From positions 160,001 through 224,000 of the forward strand of contig CAWETW010000002.1 in the NCBI GenBank assembly GCA_963812155.1: a stretch of 64,000 nt of DNA, written 5' to 3'. Source of the DNA: Vulcanimicrobiota bacterium (GTDB taxonomy: Bacteria > Vulcanimicrobiota > Vulcanimicrobiia > Vulcanimicrobiales > Vulcanimicrobiaceae). The position numbers and the translations under genes were made by a program. The notes under the pieces are model-generated. The model searched no databases. It worked only from the letters and a program-made list of their open reading frames with translations, and was not told the origin of the DNA. Shown piece by piece: positions 48,705-59,064 of this stretch (positions are counted from its first letter, which is position 1; each line of letters begins with the position of its first letter).

Positions 48705-50075
48705 ATGCAGTATCGCATGATTCTCGTTCTCGCTTTGCTGGCGTCCGGTTTGGCCGGTTGTTCCCAACCGGCGAATCCGGCCGGCTTTGCACCCACGGCG
48801 GTGCGCGCAACGAAGACGTCGCAGTCTGCCGGCAAAATCCAGCATGTCGTCATCATCATTCAAGAAAATCGAAGTTTCGATAACATCTTCGCGGGCTTTC
48901 CCGGTGCCGACGCGCCCTTAACGGGTTTGCGTCACAACGGTAAGGTCGTGACGCTGCACCAAGCAACGTTGACCCAACGCCCCAACGTCGATATCAAGCA
49001 CGACTATAAGCACTCGCAGATAGAGTACGATGCCGGAAAGATGGACGGCTTCGACGAGGACGTCTGGAATGACGGGCAGCCGGCAAAGACGTATCCTTAC
49101 GCGTATCTGAGCCACAAGCAGGTCGCGCCGTACTGGGCGATGGCCAGTCAGTACACGCTGGCCGACCGCATGTTCCCCACGGTCTGGGGACCCAGCTTCA
49201 CCGCCCATCTCGATCTGATCGCCGGCACGACGGTCGTAAGCCGGGCGCCGCTTCGGATCGTAAGCGAAATCGATTATCCATACAATCAAGACAATCCGAA
49301 CTGGACGTGCGCCGCCCAGCCGCCGCCACCGTCGTACATCCTGGTGGACGCGAAGGGAACGATCTCCGAAACGGGAGGCGGCCCCGCGCCCTGCTTCACA
49401 CAATTTCACACCATGGCGGACACGCTGGATACCGCCCACGTGTCGTGGCGATACTACGCACCCGCGCTTTCGACCGGAAGCGGTCAGTTGTGGTCTTCCT
49501 TCGCGGCAATCAAAAACATCTACAACGGACCCGATTGGACCAACGTCATCGCGCCGGAAACGACCGTGCTCAAAGATATCAAGAACGGAAAGTTACCATC
49601 CGTCGCATGGGTTGTGCCCAACGTGAACAACTCCGATCACGGCGGCAGCGGATCGGATACCGGCCCGTCGTGGGTTGCCGCAATCGTCAACGGGATCGGA
49701 GAAAGCGCCTACTGGAACTCTTCGGCGATCGTCGTCTTATGGGACGATTGGGGCGGATGGTACGATGACGCCCCGCCGCCGCAGTTGGATTTCATGGGTC
49801 TGGGCTTTCGCGTCGGGTGCATCCTCATCTCTCCTTACGCAAAAGCCGGGACGGTCTCACACACGCAATACGAATACGGCTCGATTCTCAAGTTCGTCGA
49901 GCAGACGTTCGGCGCGGCTTCGCTGGGTTACACCGATGCGCGGGCAACCAGTCTCAGCGACAGCTTCAATTTCGCGCAACGCCCCATCGTCTTCAAAAAC
50001 ATTCCGGCAAAGTATCCGCCCTCGTACTTCCTTAAACAACGCTCCCCGGGCAAGGTTCCCGACGACGACAATTGA
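48705..50075 (+). CDS. Phosphoesterase (phospholipase C/acid phosphatase family) lipoprotein
   Basis: LAGC lipobox; IQHVVIIIQENRSFDN, WDDWGGWYD, GFRV. Confidence 0.9.
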   Translation: MQYRMILVLALLASGLAGCSQPANPAGFAPTAVRATKTSQSAGKIQHVVIIIQENRSFDNIFAGFPGADAPLTGLRHNGKVVTLHQATLTQRPNVDIKHDYKHSQIEYDAGKMDGFDEDVWNDGQPAKTYPYAYLSHKQVAPYWAMASQYTLADRMFPTVWGPSFTAHLDLIAGTTVVSRAPLRIVSEIDYPYNQDNPNWTCAAQPPPPSYILVDAKGTISETGGGPAPCFTQFHTMADTLDTAHVSWRYYAPALSTGSGQLWSSFAAIKNIYNGPDWTNVIAPETTVLKDIKNGKLPSVAWVVPNVNNSDHGGSGSDTGPSWVAAIVNGIGESAYWNSSAIVVLWDDWGGWYDDAPPPQLDFMGLGFRVGCILISPYAKAGTVSHTQYEYGSILKFVEQTFGAASLGYTDARATSLSDSFNFAQRPIVFKNIPAKYPPSYFLKQRSPGKVPDDDN

Positions 50076-50180
50076 CCGATGAGGCCGGCCGGCGTGCACG
50101 CTCGCAGGAGCACGCGCCGTACCCAAGAACGGAATCTCGCCGGGCCTTCCTGTCGTTAAGAAAGGACTGCGTTGCTACGT

Positions 50181-50507
50181 ATGTTTCGGAAAATACTGGT
50201 TGCGCTGCCGCTTGCGGCGCTGGTATTGTCGCTGACGTCGCTCTCCGCTTCGGCCGACGTGCACAAGTTCAAGGTCGACAACGTCGGCGGCCATCAGGTC
50301 GATCATCTGTATCTTTCGCCGATCAGCTCGAATAAGTGGGGACACGATCAACTGGGTCCCAATGAAGTGCTTGAACCCAACCACCACCTCACGTTTCACA
50401 TAGACACGCTGTGCGAGATGGACGTGCGCGTCGTCTATCACGACGGGACCGTTCACGTGGATAAAGATATCGATACCTGCAAGTACAATCTCAGCTTAAA
50501 ATACTGA
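50181..50507 (+). CDS. Small secreted protein
   Basis: Signal ending ASA; LYLSP..WGHDQLG..C..DTC. Confidence 0.75.
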   Translation: MFRKILVALPLAALVLSLTSLSASADVHKFKVDNVGGHQVDHLYLSPISSNKWGHDQLGPNEVLEPNHHLTFHIDTLCEMDVRVVYHDGTVHVDKDIDTCKYNLSLKY

Positions 50508-50527
50508 GCGGAGGACATAGCGCTACG

Positions 50528-51226
50528 CTACTTTGGTGCCGGCGAACCGTCCGACCAGGATGGAGCCAGGATGACGATCGTCACGGGTTCGTACCGGCGA
50601 AACGTCGACGTTGCAGGTGAGAGGATGGGCGATCCCTTGAAGCCTGCGCCCCACGTGTTGAGCTGGTCCAAGGCGATGAACGGCATCACGTGGGGGCGCC
50701 ACGGGCCCGCTACTCCATCGTTGAGATAGCCCTCCCTTGAGAGCATCAGCGCGAATGACCCCGGAGCCGGGTCAGTGAACTGACGATCGGCGTAGCCGGC
50801 CTGCGATTTCTTTGCAATCTCCGCGCGTGTGTCACCGGCCAGCGCCCATTTCGTCCGGGCGAGGTAAAACGGCAGCACGCTTTTCACGGCCAGCGGGTTG
50901 AAACACGACGGTCCGCGCCCCTTCGGATTCCAAAACTCGGGATCGTCTAGACCCGCCAACCACATACGCTCGACGAAGCAGACCCAGCCGTTACTTCCCT
51001 TTTCGGCGGCCGCATAGCCGCTCTTGGTAAGCACGAGCACCTCGGCGCCGGCGGAAATCGATGCCGGTGCCGCGCTACGCGCCATCTGGATTTCAGCGGC
51101 GCGGGGCATGAGGTATTGCGAGACCGGCGCCATCGTCGGATACGGATCGTTCGCCGGCACCTGGGCGTACGCGGGGCCGCTACAGGCAAGTACGACGATG
51201 AGGGTCGTGCAGGCGGTGTTTCGCAT
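50528..51226 (-). CDS. Hypothetical secreted protein
   Basis: SD GGAGG; signal AYA; ARSAAP, NGWVCFVER, PHVM. Confidence 0.75.
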   Translation of the reverse strand: MRNTACTTLIVVLACSGPAYAQVPANDPYPTMAPVSQYLMPRAAEIQMARSAAPASISAGAEVLVLTKSGYAAAEKGSNGWVCFVERMWLAGLDDPEFWNPKGRGPSCFNPLAVKSVLPFYLARTKWALAGDTRAEIAKKSQAGYADRQFTDPAPGSFALMLSREGYLNDGVAGPWRPHVMPFIALDQLNTWGAGFKGSPILSPATSTFRRYEPVTIVILAPSWSDGSPAPK

Positions 51227-51326
51227 GATTGACCTCCAAAAGCTCCGCTTGAATAGTCGTATCGCAGTCCCGCGACCAACTGTGACGCCTCAGCCCAAAA
51301 ACGAGGCTGGTCCGTCAGGTCCGCGC

Positions 51327-52322
51327 TTAGTGAATATCTACGAACGCAGTCAGCGAGTAGCTTTCCGGATTCACGTATATCGATCGAACCGGTTTCACGG
51401 GCCCTCGATCGGTGACGGGATACTTGCTCACCAAAGCGTACAGCGACCCGGACAGAGGATTTTCAGAAACGTACAGGTTCTTACGATACAAACGCATTTC
51501 GCCTCGGAACCAGTTTGCCGTCGGCTGAGGCTGAAACGTGCCCGCTGGAGCGACGTTCCCGCTTGCATCCGGAGAAAAAATGTCGACTTGATTGGCGTTG
51601 AAGTGGTTGTCCATGACGTAGATATCGCCGTGCGCTGAGATCTGAACGTCGGTTGGAATGTCGAACGTCGTGGCCGATCCGGTGATGACGCGAATCGGGG
51701 CAACGTCGCCATTGGCGTCGGAGGCAAACTCCAGCACCGACTTAGCCTTCGAATCGGCAACCCACAGATTACCCAGGGAATCAACGGTAATGCCGTACGG
51801 AGTTTTCAACTGCGTCGCGCTCCCAACGATCTTTCGAACCGGCTTTGAGGAGCTCGTAATGGGCTGGGCGTATACGACGATCGACGCCTTCGCATGACCC
51901 ACCGCGTAGATTTCATTGTGCGCTCCGATGGCGAGCCCGGCAGGCCTTACGGCGTTGGAGACCGTTATGGTCGGTTTAACGTTCCCGCTCGCGCCCGGGG
52001 CGAACACGTCGAGATTCGTCTGCGCAACGTAGATGCGCCCTTTTGAGTCGACTGCGATTCCGACCGGCTCGTTGAGGTCTGTGTTCGAGCCTTGAATCTG
52101 AGATACGAACGCACCGTTGAGGCTGAAGACCGCAACCCGGCTATCGCGTTCGTCGGCGATGTAGACCTTTGGAGAGGCAACCGCTGCTTTCACGTGCGCC
52201 TGCGATTGAACCGACGAGGGGATTGAGGTTTGCGTTCCGGCGCTGCAGCCGGCTAACGACGCCGCCAAGACAACCAGACGCAGACGACTGGGGTGATAGA
52301 GAAACAACCGCATCATAAACAT
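51327..52322 (-). CDS. NHL-repeat (beta-propeller) lipoprotein
   Basis: LAGC; PVGIAVDSKGRIYVA, PYGITVDSLGNLWVAD. Confidence 0.82.
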   Translation of the reverse strand: MFMMRLFLYHPSRLRLVVLAASLAGCSAGTQTSIPSSVQSQAHVKAAVASPKVYIADERDSRVAVFSLNGAFVSQIQGSNTDLNEPVGIAVDSKGRIYVAQTNLDVFAPGASGNVKPTITVSNAVRPAGLAIGAHNEIYAVGHAKASIVVYAQPITSSSKPVRKIVGSATQLKTPYGITVDSLGNLWVADSKAKSVLEFASDANGDVAPIRVITGSATTFDIPTDVQISAHGDIYVMDNHFNANQVDIFSPDASGNVAPAGTFQPQPTANWFRGEMRLYRKNLYVSENPLSGSLYALVSKYPVTDRGPVKPVRSIYVNPESYSLTAFVDIH

Positions 52323-52449
52323 TGCTCCTTATGCATAGCGCTCGGGCCGTGGTGGTTCGTGAAGCTCCGCAGCGATTCCACCCGTAAAGCTGGGCGCGGA
52401 CAGTCATCGGTAAGAGGACGAGACCGTCAGCGCCGCTGAACTCGAGCAC

Positions 52450-53649
52450 ATGAGAGCGTCGCGTAGTCCACGCCCGAGTCTCACGCAGCTGGTCGTCTAT
52501 TTTCTCAAACTCGGAGCTACGGGATTCGGTGGACCCGTCGCGCTCGCAAACTATATGCGCGCCGACCTGTTCGAGCGCCGTAAGTGGTTCACGGAAGACG
52601 AATACGAGCAGGGGCTTGCGATCGCGACCGCGCTTCCCGGGCCGATGGCGTACAAGCTCGCTATCTACTGCGGGTACATCGCGCACGGCGTCGTGGGCGG
52701 CGTAACGGTCGGTTTCGCCTTCGCGATCGCGCCGTTTGTCTTAGTGGTGCTTGCCGCGTTCGTGTATACGCGCTACGCCGCATCAGATATAGTTCGCGGC
52801 CTGTTTTACGGCGTCGGCCCCGTCGTCGTCGCCCTTATTCTTAACGCATCGTTGGATCTCGGAGTGAAAACGCTCAAGCGGGAGGTTCCGGCCTGGATCG
52901 TCGCATTAGTCGCTCTCGCAGCGACGATCGCTCTGCAGCGTGAACTGACGATTATCTTCGTCCTTGCCGGCGTGCTCGGCATTTTTCTTTTCGCTCCACA
53001 GCCAAAGCCGCCGCCTGCAACGCCGGCCGCCGTAGGCCCTTCCCAGAAGGTCTCTGCCAACGCCCTGCCACTCCTTGCCGCCGCCGTGCCCGCGGCGGTG
53101 AACGGCATGGCATGGCAGCTCTTCGCGTTCTTCTTCAAGACCGGTCTGCTCGTCTTCGGAAGCGGCCTTGTGATCGTGTCGTTCGTCAAGGCTTACGTAG
53201 TAGATCAATACCACTGGCTCGACAACCGAACGTTTCTCGACGCCGTGGCGATCGGTATGATCTCACCCGGGCCCGTCGTCATCACCGCAACGTTTGTCGG
53301 GTACATCGTGGGCGGCCTCTTAGGCGCTGTAGCGGCGACCGTCGGCATCTTCCTCCCGTCGATCGTGCTGACTATCGTAGGCACGCCGATCCTGATGCGC
53401 TATCGCAGTAATCGAAGCGTTATGGGCTTTGTTCGAGGCGTAACCGTTGCCGTCGTAGGAGTTCTCGCGGGCACTACGTATCTCGTCGGCCGTCCCGTGA
53501 TCGGCGATCTTCTTACCGTTGTGCTCCTGGTCGCAGCGATCGTCGCGACTCGACGCGCGAAGAAGATTCCCGACCAAGCGCTAATTGTCGGCGGCGCTAT
53601 CGTCGGGCTCATCGCGTATCCCCTACTTCGGCCGACCTGGATTCAATAG
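52450..53649 (+). CDS. chrA: Chromate ion transporter (long-chain CHR)
   Basis: FLKLGATGFGGP, LPGP, FGSG, SPGP; two homologous halves. Confidence 0.92.
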   Translation: MRASRSPRPSLTQLVVYFLKLGATGFGGPVALANYMRADLFERRKWFTEDEYEQGLAIATALPGPMAYKLAIYCGYIAHGVVGGVTVGFAFAIAPFVLVVLAAFVYTRYAASDIVRGLFYGVGPVVVALILNASLDLGVKTLKREVPAWIVALVALAATIALQRELTIIFVLAGVLGIFLFAPQPKPPPATPAAVGPSQKVSANALPLLAAAVPAAVNGMAWQLFAFFFKTGLLVFGSGLVIVSFVKAYVVDQYHWLDNRTFLDAVAIGMISPGPVVITATFVGYIVGGLLGAVAATVGIFLPSIVLTIVGTPILMRYRSNRSVMGFVRGVTVAVVGVLAGTTYLVGRPVIGDLLTVVLLVAAIVATRRAKKIPDQALIVGGAIVGLIAYPLLRPTWIQ

Positions 53650-53719
53650 GCGTCCGCCTTGTGAAGCTCATTGAATAGAGAGCTTGGGTAGCCCTAACGG
53701 GAGTCGTAATCTGAATCCC

Positions 53720-54358
53720 TCACAAGGTTCGGCGTATCACGATCGTCCCGATGATTCTTCCAAGTGCTGCCCAGACGAAAATTGATGCAAACACCACTAC
53801 TGACGGCCAGCCCAGACGGTCCGCCAAGCCAAGAGTCACAAGCGATCCGAATCCGATGCTGCCAAGACGAGCCACAGACATGACGCCGATACGCTGCTCG
53901 TCGGTTCCGATCTCGTTCCATCGAATTCGCATGCAAATCAGATACAGCGCCATGAGCAACAGCCAAACCGCGGAGAATGTAACGATATAGCTAGCGGCGG
54001 CTACGGTCTCTTCAACGGTTCCTTGAAAATGAACGAATACTTGAAGTTGGTAGACGAGCCACACCACGAGAGCGAGGGTGACAAAGTTCAGGGCGATGGT
54101 GAGCGGCGTTGGCACAAAGAAGTACTCGAACAGACGATTGTGCGAGTACCAAAGGATGGATACGACGAGGAAGGTGAAAGCGAACGCGGCGAGAGCGAAC
54201 GGCTGAGTGTAAACATTTATCGCATGATGCGGTAAAGCTAAGTTAAGGCTCATCATGCCGAGACTCAAACCCAGCACGATATCGAAGAATGTTTCTAGGC
54301 GATGCGTAAATCGCTGAGCGTGTGCGTCCGAGAAACGCCCGACTTCCAAGGAATGCAA
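53720..54358 (-). CDS. TMEM175-like (DUF1211) membrane protein
   Basis: RLETFFDIV, WYSHNRLF, LNFVTL; about 6 TM. Confidence 0.7.
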   Translation of the reverse strand: MHSLEVGRFSDAHAQRFTHRLETFFDIVLGLSLGMMSLNLALPHHAINVYTQPFALAAFAFTFLVVSILWYSHNRLFEYFFVPTPLTIALNFVTLALVVWLVYQLQVFVHFQGTVEETVAAASYIVTFSAVWLLLMALYLICMRIRWNEIGTDEQRIGVMSVARLGSIGFGSLVTLGLADRLGWPSVVVFASIFVWAALGRIIGTIVIRRTL

Positions 54359-54656
54359 GGTTACACCGTTCTTTTAGGCAGTTTCGATGCTACATTATAG
54401 CAGACTGCTACGCAGTGTTGATGCGTGGCTCGAGGAACATTGCGGCTTGCGATCTACCGCAGCGCCTTCACTGGCCGGATGAATCGGCCGTTTTGGATGT
54501 ATCGAACCCGAGAGCGGTAGCTACCCTCATTGAAACCGCCGCAGCGGCCGTTCCTACGACGTGAGGGCCAGATCGAATGTTCGCGATGCTGTGGGTCGCT
54601 ACAATCATGCCTGCGCGGGGCCTTATTGACGCCGCTGCACTCCGCTTGCCTTCCCG

Positions 54657-55223
54657 TTAGATATATCGGCGCACTCGCTTCCGGTAAGCCTGATATTCAT
54701 TGCCGTAGTGAGATGCGAGATAGACCTCTTCTCGCAGTACCTGCCGATGGAAGAGCGCAACGAACGCAAACAAGTACAACAGAAACAGCCAAGTCGGCAA
54801 GACGAGGAATTGGCCGGAAAGCACCATCGTAAAAGCGACGTACATGGGATTGCGGCTGTAGGCAAACAGACCGGTCGTGACCAGGCTATCCGGGCGTTCC
54901 ATATCGATGCCGATGCGAAAGCTTGAACCAAATGCGACAAGCGTCGCGGCCATGAGGCCGAGTCCGGCCGCGCAAAGCCCGACGCCGGCCCACGCAACGA
55001 CGGCCGATGTGAAAAGCAAGGGCAGAGCAAGGCTTGGCCAATGCAGCGCACTTGCAAAAATGAGATAGAAATAAAACAAGGCAAAGGGCGGAATGAGGAA
55101 GTCCGTCTTGTCGATTGCACCGAACTTCGTCGCAACGATTCCGCGCCTGCGCAGGATCGCGGTGCGCGTAAGGACTATGCCGACGAGGAGCACGATAGCT
55201 AGTGCCGCGAGCTTATGCGTCAT
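54657..55223 (-). CDS. Isoprenylcysteine carboxylmethyltransferase (ICMT/PEMT) family protein
   Basis: LVTTGLFAYSRNPMY, EE..L...YG..Y..Y...V.RY. Confidence 0.88.
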   Translation of the reverse strand: MTHKLAALAIVLLVGIVLTRTAILRRRGIVATKFGAIDKTDFLIPPFALFYFYLIFASALHWPSLALPLLFTSAVVAWAGVGLCAAGLGLMAATLVAFGSSFRIGIDMERPDSLVTTGLFAYSRNPMYVAFTMVLSGQFLVLPTWLFLLYLFAFVALFHRQVLREEVYLASHYGNEYQAYRKRVRRYI

Positions 55224-55382
55224 ACTGGCGTACCGACCGATGAGTGCGGTCGTACTTCGTCGTAGTCCTTTTTCTTTCAACGATGACCGAAGAGCAAGTT
55301 GTCGAAGAACTTCGGAAAGGCGATGCCTAGAAGTGTTGTCCACATGGGAAGTAGCATTCGGTCGCATGGAACGGGTAAGCGC

Positions 55383-56900
55383 ATGAGCCGTGCCGTGTGG
55401 TTCGCGACAGCGCTCGTGGCCACGGCCGTGGCCATCGTGCACTTGATGAGTGCGGGTCGCTACGGCTTCTTTGCCAACGAGCTGTACTTTATCGTCTGCG
55501 GCCGCCACCCGGCGATCGGCTACGTCGACCAGCCGCCGCTGGTGCCGCTGCTCGCCGCCGCGACGCAGATCGGCGGCATCAACGTCTGGCTGCTGCGCCT
55601 GCCCGCGGTGCTCGCGGCCGTAGCACTCGTGCCGCTGGTCGTGGCGCTTGCACGGTTGCTCGGCGGAAGCACGCGCGCGGCCTGGCTCGCCGCTATCGCT
55701 GCTGCTGCGTCTCCGATGATAACGGCGATGAGCGCGGCGCTGTCGACATCGACCTTCGAGCCGCTGGCCTTTACCGCCGTGGCCTACTTCGTTTCGCGCG
55801 GCGTGCTGCTGGCGGAGTCCCGCGCCTTTTGGTGGGCGGGCTTAATCGCAGGCATCGCGCTGGAAGCGAAATACGGCATCGTATTTTGGTTGCTGGGAAT
55901 CGCGTTGGGGCTCGCGCTCTTCGGCGATCGTTCGGTCTGGCGGTCGCGAGATTTTTGGATTGGTGCGGCGATCGTGGCGCTGCTCGCGCTTCCGAACGCC
56001 GCCTGGCAGGTGGCACACGGGCTTCCATTCCTAGAACTGGTACGCAACGACAACGCCGGAAACTTAACGGGCAGTCCACTGCGCTTCTTGCTGGATCAGC
56101 TTTTCCTGATAAACGTCCTGCTCGCGCCGCTATGGATCGCAGGCATCGTCGCGCCCTTCGCTTCGAAGCGAATGGCGCCGTCGCGGTTTCTTTCGGTGGC
56201 ATTCGTGGTAACTGCCGTACTGGTAGTCGCCACCCACGGCAAGGACTATTATTTAGCCGGTGCCTATCCGACCATGTTCGCCGTCGGCGCCGTGGCGTGC
56301 ACGCGCCTTTGGCGCTGGTTCGTCGCGATCTGGGCGGTACTCACTGCAGCAAATGGAGCACTGGCGCTGCCCTTCGTTCTGCCGCTGGAGCCGCCCGCGC
56401 GGCTCGCCGAGTCACTCGACCGGATGAACTTTCGTCCGCCGCCAATGGAGAAAGCGTGTGTCGGAGCACCGCTTGGATGCATCTTCTCGCTGGAGTTCGG
56501 ATGGGAGGAGGTCGCGCAACGCACTGCCGACGTCTATGCGGCGTTGCCACCCGCCATTCGCGATAAGGCAGCCATTTTAGCGTCGAACTACGCTGAGGCC
56601 GCGGCAATCGACATCTACGGAAAAGGCTTGCCGCCGGCATTGAGCGGCAACAACCAGTATTATCTTTGGGGCCCGCGCGGCTACGACGGCTCCGTGGTGA
56701 TCGCCGTCGGCTTCGAACCATCTGCGTTAGCACCACTTTGCGGTTCGGTCGCCCTCGCGTCGCGATACGGAACCTCGCCGTATGAGATGCCATACGAACG
56801 CAATCGTTTCATCATCATCTGCCGCAACGTGCACCCGTCGCTCGCGGCACGCTGGAGCGAGTTCAAGCACTACGGTATCGAGTATTGGCCGCGGCGCTAA
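55383..56900 (+). CDS. GT-C glycosyltransferase (family 39/ArnT-like)
   Basis: ELYFIVCGRHPAIGYVDQPPL, KY, PN..WQ, GKDYY, NQYYLWGP. Confidence 0.85.
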   Translation: MSRAVWFATALVATAVAIVHLMSAGRYGFFANELYFIVCGRHPAIGYVDQPPLVPLLAAATQIGGINVWLLRLPAVLAAVALVPLVVALARLLGGSTRAAWLAAIAAAASPMITAMSAALSTSTFEPLAFTAVAYFVSRGVLLAESRAFWWAGLIAGIALEAKYGIVFWLLGIALGLALFGDRSVWRSRDFWIGAAIVALLALPNAAWQVAHGLPFLELVRNDNAGNLTGSPLRFLLDQLFLINVLLAPLWIAGIVAPFASKRMAPSRFLSVAFVVTAVLVVATHGKDYYLAGAYPTMFAVGAVACTRLWRWFVAIWAVLTAANGALALPFVLPLEPPARLAESLDRMNFRPPPMEKACVGAPLGCIFSLEFGWEEVAQRTADVYAALPPAIRDKAAILASNYAEAAAIDIYGKGLPPALSGNNQYYLWGPRGYDGSVVIAVGFEPSALAPLCGSVALASRYGTSPYEMPYERNRFIIICRNVHPSLAARWSEFKHYGIEYWPRR

Positions 56901-57126
56901 AGTCATGAAGTAAAGAGTCCTTCACGCGGCGAGTTCTCTGGAAACCGTTAGATCGCCGGAGAAGCGGGCGCTTTGTCGCCGCTGCAGGCCTATTTCCTCT
57001 TCTCGGGCAGGCGTCGGCGTAAGTCCCCAACACTAGGGAACAATGTCCGCGGAAGCGTGCGGCCGACTCCCGAGCCGGAGGGCCCGCTTTTGCACATTCT
57101 TGCGGCAGCGATTTGGAGGTGCAGTC

Positions 57127-58110
57127 ATGATCAAGCGCTTTGTCGCTCTTCTCGGAATCACGATTCTTGTAGGCTCTCTGCGTACCGGCGCATTGGCGCA
57201 GAACGCGATCAATGCGACCGGCAGTTGGAGCATGACGCCCAGCGGTGAGGCGTTGGCGAATGGTCAAGTCAAAGTGCGGCAGGATGGGTCGGCTGTCGTC
57301 GGCACGTACGGACAAAACGGACATTTCGAAGGGAAATTCCAGCCCGGCACCCTGCAGGTGGATGCGAATTGGAACGACTCGCGTGGCACCGGTTGGATGA
57401 CGATCGTCTTTGCAGCCAACGGAAGAAGTTTTTCCGGCCAGTGGGGACGTCCAGGCAGCAGCCCAAGCGGACATTTTGAAGCGGTTCGCTTCGCCTACCC
57501 GAATGTGTCCGGACTCTATTACGTGAACGTTACCGGCGGGACGGAAATGACGTCGCGCCGCGTCAGCCTTCATCAGTTAGGGTTAGATGTCGTCGGCAAT
57601 TTGGGTCCTGGAACTCAACTCGACGGCACCATCGACTCCGACACTTACACGCTGACCGGCAGTTGGAAGGAACCGAACGGAAGCGGCTGGATCAAACTCC
57701 AGTTTGCCGACAACGGCAAGAGTTTTCAGGGCACCTGGGGCCTGGCGCCAGGCGCGGAAGCTGCCGGGCAGATCAGCGGAAGCGTCGCCGACACCGCGCA
57801 GCTCCGCGTCAACGGTCTCTGGGAGATTGCGTCCAGCGGCGGCGCTTTTTCCGGCAACCATTTGAAGCTCGAGCAACAGGGACAGACGGTCACCGGCAAT
57901 TTTAAGGATGGGCACCTGCAAGGAACGCTTACCCGAGGCTCCTCATCGCTGAGTGGCACCTGGAGGGACGCGCACGGCACCGGATACGTCGCCATTAAAT
58001 TCACATTGGACGGCATGCATTTCCAAGGCACCTGGTCGCGGAAAGGCGGGAGCAGCGGAAGCCTCATAGGGAAGCGCGTGACATCCGCAATGCCGGCGTT
58101 GCGCAACTAA
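57127..58110 (+). CDS. Secreted protein with three ~95-aa Gly/Trp-rich beta repeats
   Basis: SD GGAGG; signal ALA; same repeat as 13183-13854. Confidence 0.8.
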   Translation: MIKRFVALLGITILVGSLRTGALAQNAINATGSWSMTPSGEALANGQVKVRQDGSAVVGTYGQNGHFEGKFQPGTLQVDANWNDSRGTGWMTIVFAANGRSFSGQWGRPGSSPSGHFEAVRFAYPNVSGLYYVNVTGGTEMTSRRVSLHQLGLDVVGNLGPGTQLDGTIDSDTYTLTGSWKEPNGSGWIKLQFADNGKSFQGTWGLAPGAEAAGQISGSVADTAQLRVNGLWEIASSGGAFSGNHLKLEQQGQTVTGNFKDGHLQGTLTRGSSSLSGTWRDAHGTGYVAIKFTLDGMHFQGTWSRKGGSSGSLIGKRVTSAMPALRN

Positions 58111-58167
58111 CTTCTTAACAAGGCGCTCCGGCGAATGACGACCGTCCCGGTGGATCTTCGGAGCGGT

Positions 58168-59064
58168 CTAGACGTTCGCGATTGCGCCCGTCGTGTCGCG
58201 CAGCGGTCGCCCAGATCGCCCGTTCAATACGCTCAGTATCTCTGCAAGAATCGAGCAGGCGATCTGTGCGTTGGTAACGGCACCGAGATCGAGTCCCACT
58301 GGGCCGCGAACACGGTCGAGGACGGCTTGGTCGTAACCGAACGCACTTAGCGCTTCGCGCCGCACTAACTGAGACCGCCGGCTTCCCAGCGCGCCGATGT
58401 AAGGGATCGTTGAAGCCAGTGCGCAGCGAATCGCGGGCACGTCGATCTTGACGTCGTGCGCGAGTGCGACGACCGCATCGGCGTGCTCGAGCAATGCGAG
58501 GAGTACGTCGTCAGGCCATCCGACGATCAAATCGTCGGCATCCGGATGCCGGCGTTGCGTTGCAAACGCCGGCCGTGGATCGACGACCGTAACGTGGAAG
58601 TCGACGGCGCGGGCGGCGCGCGTCAGATGCGATGCAAGATCGGTCGCCCCCACGATGACGAGCCGGCGCTTTCTTGGAATATGCAGGAGGTGCCCGCCGC
58701 AGAGGAACGTGACCGCATCGGAACCGCTCGAGACTCGATCGGCGATCGAAGCAAATTCCTTCGGCGGCCTCCAGACGACGACGGTTAGCGATGCACCGCA
58801 TGCCGATCCGTCGAGTAGCTCGTCGCTCATATCGAACTCGAGCGTACGATCCGTCGTATCGCGCAACGCAGTGCGCGCAGCGTCGACTATTTCGCTCTCG
58901 TGACAACCTGCACCGATGTTGCCGGTAATCGCGCCGTCGGAATCGACGACGAGTGACGTGCCGATCGGCGCCGGTGCGGAGTTGCGCGTCGCGACCAGCG
59001 TCGCGACGGCGAACGGATTTTCATCCCGCAAGCGGATTGCGATTGCGTCGTATATCTCACGCAT
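58168..59064 (-). CDS. xdhC: XdhC/CoxI family Moco insertion chaperone
   Basis: SAPAP, GAGCHE, ACG, VVDPR, YIGALGSRR, GPVGLDLG. Confidence 0.9.
   Translation of the reverse strand: MREIYDAIAIRLRDENPFAVATLVATRNSAPAPIGTSLVVDSDGAITGNIGAGCHESEIVDAARTALRDTTDRTLEFDMSDELLDGSACGASLTVVVWRPPKEFASIADRVSSGSDAVTFLCGGHLLHIPRKRRLVIVGATDLASHLTRAARAVDFHVTVVDPRPAFATQRRHPDADDLIVGWPDDVLLALLEHADAVVALAHDVKIDVPAIRCALASTIPYIGALGSRRSQLVRREALSAFGYDQAVLDRVRGPVGLDLGAVTNAQIACSILAEILSVLNGRSGRPLRDTTGAIANV

Noticed and set aside
55244..55330. Short ORF ending MTEEQVVEELRKGDA between divergent genes
   Set aside because: No SD and too short to support; may be a remnant or chance
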